A program made the translations under genes and the position numbers. Positions 1 to 9,400 of a DNA stretch of 64,000 nucleotides are shown here, in pieces. The notes under the pieces are model-generated. The model did not search any database. It saw nothing but the letters and a program-made list of their open reading frames with translations, and was not told the DNA's origin. Location of the stretch: the IMG/VR virus record IMGVR_UViG_3300021093_000007. One strand, given 5' to 3'. This DNA comes from a virus. Position 1 is the stretch's first letter, and each line of letters starts with the position of its first letter.

Positions 1-28
1 TATGGTTACCCCTAGGAGGAGTTGACTA

Positions 29-619
29 ATGGGAAAACCAAAACTCCATAACCCAGTAGAACTGGGCAGTAATTACGGACATTTAAAATTGGGTCATGTT
101 AATCTTAATAATACTTATGCAGGGGTTTTATTAAGAAATGGTCCACATGGAATGCCATGTGAACAATATTTGATGTTTGGATCTTCTGGTAAAATGAAGG
201 GCAGTACGATTAATCGTTGTCCAGGCGTTTATCAGATACATTGTGGAATGAAACCCGTAGATAATATGGGATTTATGTTAAGATCTTCCGATGGTGACAT
301 TTCAATATCTGCCCCTTTGGGCAGAATTAGATTAGAGGCAAAAATGATTGACATTCTTGCCAATGGAAGTGGTAATAAAACAGGATATGTCAACATTGAG
401 GGTAATGAAAAAATTAAGTTGACAACAAAGAATTTTGAAGCAAATGTTGATTCTGTTGCCAAATTTTTATGCTCTGGGATACTTGAATTAGTAGGAAACG
501 GATCTCTTAATTTTTATGGTGGACTAATTGATTGTGCTGATTCTTGTACAACCTTGAAACCATCTAAAGGGACTTCAAAATTTGAATCACAACAAAAAAC
601 TGGAGGAATTTTAGGATGA
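29..619 (+). CDS. Hypothetical virion/baseplate-hub-associated protein
   Basis: 196-aa ORF, GGAG SD upstream, beta-strand-repeat-like C-half, late structural context. Confidence 0.5.
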   Translation: MGKPKLHNPVELGSNYGHLKLGHVNLNNTYAGVLLRNGPHGMPCEQYLMFGSSGKMKGSTINRCPGVYQIHCGMKPVDNMGFMLRSSDGDISISAPLGRIRLEAKMIDILANGSGNKTGYVNIEGNEKIKLTTKNFEANVDSVAKFLCSGILELVGNGSLNFYGGLIDCADSCTTLKPSKGTSKFESQQKTGGILG

Positions 620-1389
620 AGGTTCCTGATTTAGAGGTAAAAAAGACTTTTTATTGTGGTATTGGTGATCCTAGTTTAGTTTTGGGTAAAGGACCCTTGC
701 AAACTAGAGGTGGATTTTATTGTGAAGGACCAGGAATTTTTGGTTCAATTCCACCATTTCTTACTGCCACATTGATGGTTGGTCCACTTGAGAACTCAGA
801 TGTAATAATTCCTCCTTTAATTCCTGGAGCATTATGCACTGGAATCAATAATCCTTATTCAATAGCTGTTGATGGACCATCAGCATTTTTGGGAGTTATT
901 GATACAAATAATAATGTAAATGTTGGTGGTAATCTAATTACTCAAGGTGAAGTCATGTCCCGTTGTGGTGGACATATCCTTTCCGCTAAAAAGAATTTTG
1001 ATATTCCTCACCCAACAAAAGATGGTTGGAGATTACGTCATACTTGCCCAGAAGGGCCATCTAATGATGTATACATAAGGGGTAAATTACAAAATAAAAG
1101 CATAATTGAACTTCCAGAATACTGGAGAGAGTTGGTAGATTCTAATAGTATTACAGTCTCAATTACTCCAGTAGGAACGCATCAAAATATTATTGTTAGA
1201 GAAATCTCAGATAATAAAGTATACCTTCATGCATCTACACCGATAAATTGTCATTATCATGTTTTTGGTGAGCGTAAAGACGGAGAAAAGTTGATTCCAG
1301 AATATGAAGGGTCAACACCAGCAGATTATCCTGGCAATAATGATGAATATTCTGTATCTGGATTTCATTATGATACCAAGAGGATTTAA
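616..1389 (+). CDS. Cyanophage structural-region protein (KKxFDIxHPTK...EGP domain), paralog 1
   Basis: C-terminal domain shared with next ORF; ATGA overlap with upstream gene. Confidence 0.6.
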   Translation: MKVPDLEVKKTFYCGIGDPSLVLGKGPLQTRGGFYCEGPGIFGSIPPFLTATLMVGPLENSDVIIPPLIPGALCTGINNPYSIAVDGPSAFLGVIDTNNNVNVGGNLITQGEVMSRCGGHILSAKKNFDIPHPTKDGWRLRHTCPEGPSNDVYIRGKLQNKSIIELPEYWRELVDSNSITVSITPVGTHQNIIVREISDNKVYLHASTPINCHYHVFGERKDGEKLIPEYEGSTPADYPGNNDEYSVSGFHYDTKRI

Positions 1390-1391
1390 TT

Positions 1392-2042
1392 ATGGCAGAT
1401 ATTTTTGTAGCAGATTTTACTAATAAAAGTACCTGTCTTGATGAGGGTATTACTGGACCTTTTTCTGCTAAGTTTGATTATATTTTAAAATCAACTACAG
1501 GAGATCCTGATTATCCAGCAGAAGCATGTACTCCTTGGATTCACTATAATGTTAAGGTTGGTAATCTTAAGGCAGATGCACTTGTTCAAGCACAAGATGT
1601 TAAAACCGCTGTGGTTGGATCTTTGAATGCAAAATCTGCTATTTGGGATGCCAAAAAGTCATTTGATATTCAGCATCCCACTAAAAAAGACCATCGTCTT
1701 AGATATATTTGTTTAGAAGGACCAACTGCAGATGTGTATCTAAAGGGTAAATTGGTAGAGCAGTCCTATATTCAACTTCCAGATTATTGGAAAGACTTTG
1801 TTGATATGGAGACTCTTGTTATCAATCTCACTCCAAATGGACATTGGCAAGAATTATTTGTAGATCGTATTGAATGGGGTGATAAAATTTACGTTAAGAA
1901 TAATGCGGGAACTGCTATTAACTGCGATTATGTGGTTTATGGTGAACGTATTGATACCTCAAAGAATATTTCTGAATATCAGGGCTTGACACCAGCAGAC
2001 TATCCAGGAGATAATAGGGAATATAATATCAACGGTAAGTGA
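1392..2042 (+). CDS. Cyanophage structural-region protein, paralog 2
   Basis: KKSFDIQHPTK...CLEGP...TPADYPGDN matches 616..1389. Confidence 0.6.
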   Translation: MADIFVADFTNKSTCLDEGITGPFSAKFDYILKSTTGDPDYPAEACTPWIHYNVKVGNLKADALVQAQDVKTAVVGSLNAKSAIWDAKKSFDIQHPTKKDHRLRYICLEGPTADVYLKGKLVEQSYIQLPDYWKDFVDMETLVINLTPNGHWQELFVDRIEWGDKIYVKNNAGTAINCDYVVYGERIDTSKNISEYQGLTPADYPGDNREYNINGK

Positions 2043-2716
2043 TGCACCGAGTACATGAAGCGTTCCCTCTGATTGTTTACCAGGGGATGGTGGAGTGTCA
2101 TGAACAAATCAAAAATCATCTTGATGAACTTCGTGACTATTGGTTTGATGGGTATCAGAACGAGAGTCCAGAATATTCTGGAAGAATTTTTGCACACCAA
2201 AAAGAGTCATGCAAACCATTCTTTCAAGAACTTCGGACTCATGTTGATAATTACTTTGATTATTTGAGTGTTGATCACTCAAAATTAGATTATCATATCA
2301 TTAAATCCTGGGTTGGTTATCACAAAGATGATGAAACCCCATCAGTAAAACCGCACAATCATAACGCTTCAGATCTGAGTTTTGTTTATTATGTAAGTAC
2401 AGGTGAGACATCCGATAAGTTTTGTATTGCCCAAGAAAAAAATCCCAATGAATGTGTTGGTGATATGTTTACTGAAGCAATTCAAAAGAATTTAATTACT
2501 GGGTATAACCGATATAATTGTAATGTTTATAGTATTACTCCTATTGAGGGTAGTGTTTTAATTTTTCCGAGTAAAACTGGACATTTTACTCAAAAGTTTG
2601 CTGAAAGAAAAGAAGAAAGACTGGTTATTCCTGGAGACATTAGAGTTACTTTAAATCCATTTAATCCAGACTACCATCAAGGATCTACTCACCCTTCTCA
2701 GTGGTTACAACTTTAA
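2039..2716 (+). CDS. Putative 2OG-Fe(II) oxygenase (TIGR02466-like)
   Basis: SW...PHNH..SDLSFVYYV...EGSVLIFPSKTGH..R motif. Confidence 0.7.
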   Translation: MMHRVHEAFPLIVYQGMVECHEQIKNHLDELRDYWFDGYQNESPEYSGRIFAHQKESCKPFFQELRTHVDNYFDYLSVDHSKLDYHIIKSWVGYHKDDETPSVKPHNHNASDLSFVYYVSTGETSDKFCIAQEKNPNECVGDMFTEAIQKNLITGYNRYNCNVYSITPIEGSVLIFPSKTGHFTQKFAERKEERLVIPGDIRVTLNPFNPDYHQGSTHPSQWLQL

Positions 2717-3425
2717 TAGGATCATATTTTTTATAAATGCTTTGAACCTCAGACATCCAAGGTTCATCTCTCATTTTCCAATCCATATCATAATCTAATG
2801 TGATATGTTCGGAACCAATATACCTATCAATGTATGATTTGATTAGAGTCTCTCCTAGCGAGACATCACCCCAATCATTATCGTGCATCTCTTTTGTTCG
2901 TTCATATAATTTGAGATATTTCTTCATCCAATATCCATTTCCATGTGCAAAATAATCCACATAAGAGTCTTCTGGATTACATGGACCTGGATGAACCTTC
3001 CATACTGGTAAAACCAGATCTTGATCTAATTGTAATTTAAAATTTCTAATTGAAAAATCGGATCTACATTTAATGACAGTATTATAATCTCTAGGATCGA
3101 ATAATCGTAATCCGAGATAATTTGTATACCATTGTCTTAATATTCTGTAAGACCATTCTCTACCACTAATTTCTAATCCATCATCTTTAAAGTTAAATGG
3201 CGGCAATGTCTCTACATCTCTAAAAAGATATTCTTTTGGTTTATATGCCTCTATGACTTTTTTAGTGTCAATTTGTATTATTCCAGAACCCATGTAAAGT
3301 TCTGAGTAACTATATGAACTGATATAAACGTCGGCGTTATATTTTTTTATAATATTTTCCTGGATATTTGAGAAGTGGTCTTCCCAATTCCTCATGTATC
3401 CAGTTAATAATAGAGCAATTTTCAC
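2685..3425 (-). CDS. Putative glycosyltransferase-like protein
   Basis: KIALLLTGYMR...DVYISS...VIKCRSD...DYFAHG pattern; GTG start inferred at 3425. Confidence 0.5.
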   Translation of the reverse strand: MKIALLLTGYMRNWEDHFSNIQENIIKKYNADVYISSYSYSELYMGSGIIQIDTKKVIEAYKPKEYLFRDVETLPPFNFKDDGLEISGREWSYRILRQWYTNYLGLRLFDPRDYNTVIKCRSDFSIRNFKLQLDQDLVLPVWKVHPGPCNPEDSYVDYFAHGNGYWMKKYLKLYERTKEMHDNDWGDVSLGETLIKSYIDRYIGSEHITLDYDMDWKMRDEPWMSEVQSIYKKYDPIKVVTTEKGE

Positions 3426-3455
3426 AATAAATATAAAAAACACATATAATGATTT

Positions 3456-4208
3456 ATGGGAATTGTAATAGATAGGTTGCAAGCAGATCGACAGATGTAT
3501 CTGCTTCAACAACAAAAATTACCACCAAGAATTGCTATAGCTAGTTCTTTGAGGGATTCATTTACTGGTCCTGCTAGGGAAGCGACAAGTCAAACACTTA
3601 CTAGTATAAATTCCGCAAATAGTTTAAAGAGTCAGATTATTGCTATTGGTGGAAATACTGGATTAACAACTACAAGATATGGTGCTAGCACTTCAAATAT
3701 AACCTCTCAATATGGGAGTATAGTATCTGGAGTTGCAACTGCTACTGGAGCAAGTCTTGGAATTTCTGGTTTGGGAACTGTTATTATTGCATATGGGACC
3801 TTAACATCAGATCAGGCAAGAGTGTATGATTATCCCAAAGTATCTGGAGGAGATTATAGTTCAGATTTTCCATTTATTGGAGAAGGATTTGTTGTCCTGA
3901 CAAGCTCCAACCTTGGTGCTGGGGTTAGCACTAGACTGTTCCAATCTAGTGGATCTGAAATTGGTAAAGTATTTGATATTACTGGACCAGCAGTAAATGT
4001 AAGTTCTTTAATCAATCAATATAATTCAACATGGTCTACCGCTGGTAGTCAAGCAACAGCATCAACCGCAGCACAAGAAGTAAAGGGTGATTATGAATTG
4101 CAGGTGTGGGGACTTAACCGACAAAAGCAAGAGAATATTGAAAAACTTGTTGATATTGAAGAAGCAATTGGAATCTCATCAAACCCTGCTTATGGGGGAC
4201 CTTGGTAG
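3456..4208 (+). CDS. Hypothetical Gly/Ser/Thr-rich, likely virion protein
   Basis: 250-aa ORF; late-promoter-like ATAAATA at 3427-3433. Confidence 0.55.
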   Translation: MGIVIDRLQADRQMYLLQQQKLPPRIAIASSLRDSFTGPAREATSQTLTSINSANSLKSQIIAIGGNTGLTTTRYGASTSNITSQYGSIVSGVATATGASLGISGLGTVIIAYGTLTSDQARVYDYPKVSGGDYSSDFPFIGEGFVVLTSSNLGAGVSTRLFQSSGSEIGKVFDITGPAVNVSSLINQYNSTWSTAGSQATASTAAQEVKGDYELQVWGLNRQKQENIEKLVDIEEAIGISSNPAYGGPW

Positions 4209-4216
4209 GGGGGGGG

Positions 4217-4245
4217 TTGACAACCCAGAAGCAACTTCGTATAAT
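4217..4245 (+). promoter_or_regulatory. Consensus sigma70-type promoter for tRNA cluster
   Basis: TTGACA-N17-TATAAT. Confidence 0.85.
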
Positions 4246-4311
4246 ATATGAGTAATCAGTTGAGGGGTCGCCCAAGTCTCAGCCTAGATCTTCTCTCTGA
4301 TTACCCCACAC

Positions 4312-4382
4312 GCGAATGTGGTGTAGCGGTAACATCCCATCCTTCCAAGTTGGTGTCACGGGTTCGATCCCCGTCATTCGCT
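4312..4382 (+). tRNA. tRNA-Gly (TCC)
   Basis: GCGAATG/CATTCGC acceptor stem, TTCGATC T-loop, CT-TCC-AA anticodon loop. Confidence 0.93.
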
Positions 4383-4416
4383 TCCCCTTTACTGGGGATT
4401 TGCAAATTAAATAACC

Positions 4417-4614
4417 ATGATAAAAAAACCTCTTTATTCTGACCTGATTAAAATGCCTGTAAAGACAACTCCAGAGAATGTCAAGGAAGCAAACCAAGGT
4501 CTTTTTAATTGTATGATGACACTTCCTGCCGCAGCAAAACACTGTGGAATGACCCAAAAAGAAATGAAAATGACTTTTAGGGAATATTTGAAGTATCATC
4601 CACCTACTTACTAA
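4417..4614 (+). CDS. Small HTH-like cyanophage protein
   Basis: MTLPAAAKHCGMTQKEMKMTF helix-turn-helix-like segment. Confidence 0.6.
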   Translation: MIKKPLYSDLIKMPVKTTPENVKEANQGLFNCMMTLPAAAKHCGMTQKEMKMTFREYLKYHPPTY

Positions 4615-4628
4615 GAGTAAGTTCTTAT

Positions 4629-4711
4629 GGGGCGGTGGTGGAATCGGTAGACACACCAGACTTAAAATCTGTCGGGCATTGCCTGTGGGGGTTCAAGTCC
4701 CCCTCGCCCTA
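4629..4711 (+). tRNA. tRNA-Leu (TAA)
   Basis: GGTGGAATCGGTAGACAC D-arm, CT-TAA-AA loop, long variable arm, GGGGG-TTCAAGT-CCCCC T-arm. Confidence 0.93.
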
Positions 4712-4785
4712 CTGGAAGGAATAATAAAGGGATTGAGTATAACTCTCCGCCTTCCTTAAACTAAATATAAAAAAAGGTGTAGAGA

Positions 4786-5073
4786 ATGAAGCTTAGACTC
4801 ACCAAAGCTTATTGTTGGCATTCTCCAGAAAAGAGTATAAAAAACGTTGTTGTGATGTACTTCGTTAATTCTATACCGTTTACATGGGATGATTTAACCG
4901 AAGAAGAAGAAGCAGATCCATCTGTTGTTATTGAAGCTAACAATAACCGCATATATACTGCAGAAGACTTATTCAGGTCATCTGCATATTTAATAATGGA
5001 AGAAGCACATCCATGCTTCTTTGAGATGGAGTTAGAAAATCCAGAAGTTTTAGCAGAATTAGACGATTATTAA
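4786..5073 (+). CDS. Conserved cyanophage hypothetical protein
   Basis: 95-aa ORF between tRNAs; CTAAATA late-like motif at 4761. Confidence 0.6.
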   Translation: MKLRLTKAYCWHSPEKSIKNVVVMYFVNSIPFTWDDLTEEEEADPSVVIEANNNRIYTAEDLFRSSAYLIMEEAHPCFFEMELENPEVLAELDDY

Positions 5074-5074
5074 T

Positions 5075-5146
5075 GCCCTTGTAGCTCAGTGGTAGAGCAA
5101 CGGTTTTGTAAACCGTTGGTCGCTGGTTCAAATCCAGTCGGGGGCT
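5075..5146 (+). tRNA. tRNA-Thr (TGT)
   Basis: TAGCTCAGTGGTAGAGC D-arm, TT-TGT-AA loop, GTTCAAATC T-loop. Confidence 0.94.
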
Positions 5147-5162
5147 TAGAGTAAAGATAGAT

Positions 5163-6269
5163 ATGAGTATATTTGATGCTACACATAACCAATATGATAT
5201 GAACAAATATCCTTTTGGGGATATTTTATTGTCTTTAGTTCAAAAGTATTATCCAGAAGTAAAAGAACTTCAATACCTTCATGAACATGTTCCTTCACAT
5301 TCTGTTGGTGAACTAGTAAAACATCTAACTAAAGATCTTGTTGATACTGATTTTTATGTGTTGTTTGATAAAATGGTGGAGGAGTATGTCGTTCCTCAAT
5401 TAGATACAGATATTCTTATACAAAAGTTTGGTAACATCAGAGCAACAATTCCAGACCAAGATAAGAATGGAACAGTTCTCCCATTCCATCAAGGTAGATG
5501 GGTTGGTAATGGACTTGGATTGAGAACTGTTTGGTTGCCTTTTACAGAAACTTTTGATACTAATTCACTTCAGATTATTGGAATTGATAAGAGTAGGGAA
5601 ATTACTCGTAGATCTGAGGAGGAAAAATGGTCTCATGAAAAATTAGAAGAAGTCTGTGCTCAAGAATGTTATCCAGTAAGCATGTCTCCAGGGACATTCT
5701 TACTTTTTACTCAAGAGAATATTCATGGTGGAATTCCAAATAGAACTGGTAAAACCAGAATGAGTATTGACGTTAGGTTGTTATTGAGAGATGGTCAACC
5801 ACATAGAAAATGGCCAGGAGCATATTTTAGACGGTTACATGATACTGATATTCAATCCCGTAAAGTTGAGATTCTTCCACATGAAAATGTTATAACTTAT
5901 GCTGAGTATGAGGGATTTAAAACCAAATATATTGACTTATATTTTCAAACATTAACCGTTAGAGAATATTGCTCTAGAATGGGATATAAGTTCCCACATC
6001 AAACTGGAGATAATGAAGGAAGAAATCACTCATTCTTGGAGTATTCTATAAAGTATACTAATCTGGACCATATCATTTTGTTTAGTATTTTCTCTTTACC
6101 AGATGACAAATTCAGGAGATCCTATATAATGAATCTTGCATTAGAATACAACTGCAAACTTCATTTTGCTAATGAAGAATTTGTTCTTGATAGTCAAGAA
6201 ATGCTAGAAAAAATAGAGTATCTTAGATCTTTTACTAACGATTGGAGTAGTCCTGTAAATGAAAATTAA
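5163..6269 (+). CDS. StrG-like 2OG-Fe(II) oxygenase with C-terminal sporadic-carbohydrate-cluster-like domain
   Basis: PFHQG...TVWLPF...NIHGG.PNRTGKTRMSIDVR; C-terminal QTLTVREYC...FSIFSLP...LHFANE. Confidence 0.6.
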   Translation: MSIFDATHNQYDMNKYPFGDILLSLVQKYYPEVKELQYLHEHVPSHSVGELVKHLTKDLVDTDFYVLFDKMVEEYVVPQLDTDILIQKFGNIRATIPDQDKNGTVLPFHQGRWVGNGLGLRTVWLPFTETFDTNSLQIIGIDKSREITRRSEEEKWSHEKLEEVCAQECYPVSMSPGTFLLFTQENIHGGIPNRTGKTRMSIDVRLLLRDGQPHRKWPGAYFRRLHDTDIQSRKVEILPHENVITYAEYEGFKTKYIDLYFQTLTVREYCSRMGYKFPHQTGDNEGRNHSFLEYSIKYTNLDHIILFSIFSLPDDKFRRSYIMNLALEYNCKLHFANEEFVLDSQEMLEKIEYLRSFTNDWSSPVNEN

Positions 6270-6423
6270 TCTGTGGTATTGTAAAGAAATGCAGCAATGG
6301 AGATGGATATTATGCGATGATTCAAGACCAATTATAAAGCAGGAATCGGGACAAAGACCAGATCTTAGAGATGCTATGAAGGATGTTGCAAATACTGTAG
6401 AATATATTTTGGCAGGAAAATAA
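6259..6423 (+). CDS. Conserved small cyanophage protein (MKINLWYCKEMQQWRW...)
   Basis: 54-aa ORF read manually, below track cut-off. Confidence 0.65.
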   Translation: MKINLWYCKEMQQWRWILCDDSRPIIKQESGQRPDLRDAMKDVANTVEYILAGK

Positions 6424-6449
6424 ACCTCTGATTATGGTTTTTAGTATGA

Positions 6450-6456
6450 ATAAATA
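6450..6456 (+). promoter_or_regulatory. T4-type late promoter
   Basis: ATAAATA about 30 nt upstream of the large fibre gene. Confidence 0.6.
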
Positions 6457-6485
6457 AATCATAATAGCCATCCTAGAGTAATAAA

Positions 6486-9400
6486 ATGGGTCTTAGTCGC
6501 TTAGATAATTTTTTGAAGAATAGTAGAGGCGATATTCTATACGTCGATCCCTCCTGTATAGACTCTACAGATAGTATTGAAAACCAAGGTAACTCATTAG
6601 TTAGACCTTTTAAAACAATTCAAAGGGCGCTGATTGAAGCAGCAAGATTTTCATATCAAAAAGGATTTGATAATGATAGATTTAGTAGAACAACTATCAT
6701 TGTTTATCCTGGTGAACATATCATCGATAATAGACCAGGATGGATACCAATACATAATGCACCAATCTCTGGTAATAACTGGTTAACTAGAGGTGGTGCA
6801 ACTTCTAATGACCTTACAGAATTTACTTTAAATTCTGATTTTGATATTGACTCGCCAGAAAATGATCTTTATAAGATGAACTCTGTCTACGGTGGAGTTA
6901 TCATTCCCCGTGGTACATCAATCGTTGGTATGGATCTTCGTAAAACAAAGATTCGCCCAAGATTTGTTCCAAGTCCTTTAGATAATACTGTTGATTCTAC
7001 TTGTTTATTCCGTGTAACTGGTACTTGTTACTTCTATCAGTTTACCTTCTTTGATGCAGATCCAAACTCAAACGTATATAAAGATTATGGAACATCAAAG
7101 TTTGTTCCTAACTTCTCTCACCATAAGTTAACCTGTTTTGAGTATGCTGATGGCGTTAATCCTGTAAAATTTAACGATACTTATTTAAATTATAATACAA
7201 CCAGAACTGATCTTGATATTTACTATCAAAAAATTGGATTAGTTTATGGTCCTTCTAGTGGAAGAGATATTAGTCCAGACTTTCCAAGTGCTTCTCTTGA
7301 TGTTCAATCAAAGATTGATGAATTTAGAATCGTTGGTTCTAAGGGTCAAAACGTAGGAATTTCCAGTATTAGGGCTGGAGATGGTTCAGTCTCAAGTAAA
7401 AAAATTACTGTTGATATTGTTGAATCTGTTGGTGGACTAGATGTAGATACTCCAATTAGAATTGAGGGTATTCCTAGTGGCGGTTATAATGGATCATTTG
7501 TTATTAAAACGGTAGAAAGTTCAACCAGAATTACTTACGAAGTATCCTCTGCTCCTTCAAATCCCCTTCCTGCAATTGTATCTGGAGCACCAACTCTTAA
7601 TATTGTCGTTGATAGCGTTACTTCTGCTTCTCCATATATCTTCAACTGTTCCCTACGTTCCGTCTACGGAATGTGTGGACTTCATGCTGATGGTAGCAAA
7701 GCTGATGGATTTAAATCCATGGTTGTTGCTCAGTTTACTGGCATTGGTTTACAGAAGGACGATAATGCATTTGTAAAATATAATGCAGTGTCTGGCGTTT
7801 ATGAGGATTCTACTGCTATTGCAAACCTTCATACCAATTCTTCTGCAGTATACAAACCAGCATACGAAAACTTTCACATTAAAGCATCAAACGATGCCTT
7901 CTTGCAGTTGGTATCTGTGTTTGCCATTGGTTATGCAAATCACTTTGTTGCAGAATCTGGTGGAGACCATTCTATTACAAACTCTAACTCAAACTTTGGT
8001 GCAAGGGCACTTGTTTGTAGAGGATTCAGAAATGATGCTTTCCCAAGAGATGATACTGGATATCTTACTCACATCTTACCCCCACAACGAGTTGAAAATA
8101 ATGAGGTAACAATTGAGTTTGCTCCTATCGACGTTGAAAAAACTATTTCGGTAGGTAATACTTCAAGACTTTACTTATATAACGAGTTTAACGGAAATAT
8201 TCCTCCTAAGTCTGTATTAGAAGGTTATCGAATTGGCGCAAAACACCAAGACAAGTTAAAAGTCGTCATCAACATTGGTAACGTTGGTGTGACTAAAGAA
8301 GCAGTCATTGTAATGCCAAATACCCAAGGAACTGGGAATTATGAGGTAACTGCCACCAAATTATCTACAGTAGGTAGAACAGCTATTGGTATTAATAGTA
8401 TTACATCCAATATATTTACCGCAACTGAACCACACCAATTTATTAATGGTGAATCAGTTCGTATTTTGAGTGATGATGGTGAACTTCCTGATGGATTAAG
8501 ACATAATCAAGTTTATTATGCAATCACTTCGGGAATTAATACTGATCAAATTAAATTAGCACAAACCTTTAATGATACTGTAAGTTTGTCTGCCATTACT
8601 GTTAATAGTAAGGGTGGTATTCTTCAAATTGAGTCTAGAGTATCTGATAAAAAGTCTGGAGATGTTGGACACCCCATCCAATATGATAGTACTATTGGTC
8701 AATGGTTTATTACAGTAAGTGCTAGCAATAATTCAATCTACAGCACGATTGTTGGATTGGGAACCGCATCTTTAGGTAGGGCAACTCCAAAAACATTTAT
8801 TACTAGAACTCCTGACAACAGATCTCTTGAGGATAGAATTTATAAAGTCAGATATGTTATTCCAAGAGATTCTACCGTTCTTGGCAGACCTCCAGAGGAT
8901 GCATTTATCATGCAAGAATCTGGCACTACTTCTGGATTCACTAATCCTGAGATTGCTAAATTTAAGAGTATTGCTCCAGTAGTTTTATCAAATACCTCTG
9001 AGTTAAGGAATCCTAGATTTATTTCTAATGCAAATTGGGATGGTAATGTTGGATTAGCATCTTTTACAACTGAAGTCCCACATGAACTGTCAGTTGGATC
9101 TAAGGTTCAAATCTTTAACGTTGTATCGACCGCAAATACTGTTGGTTTAGCTAATACTGGATATAATGGAGTCTATACTGTTGTATCTAGATCTCATAGA
9201 AGAGAATTTACCGTTGGAATGACAACAAACCCAGGTTTGTTTGCCAATAATATTGATCAAAGAAATACAAACCTTCCGAGGTATGAAAGAAAAGAATTTA
9301 ATAATACCTTCTACATTTATAGAAAGGAAACAGTTCAGGAATATGTTCCAAATGCAAAAGATGGTGTTTATCACCTAACACTCCTTGATTCATCATCATC

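Noticed and set aside
4208-4216. G9 run as a phase-variation tract
   Set aside because: It lies upstream of the -35 box and starts at the last base of the stop codon, so length change alters neither frame nor spacer.
4248-4656. ORFs 4248..4442 (+) and 4279..4656 (-)
   Set aside because: They overlap tRNA-Gly and/or tRNA-Leu; shadow frames.
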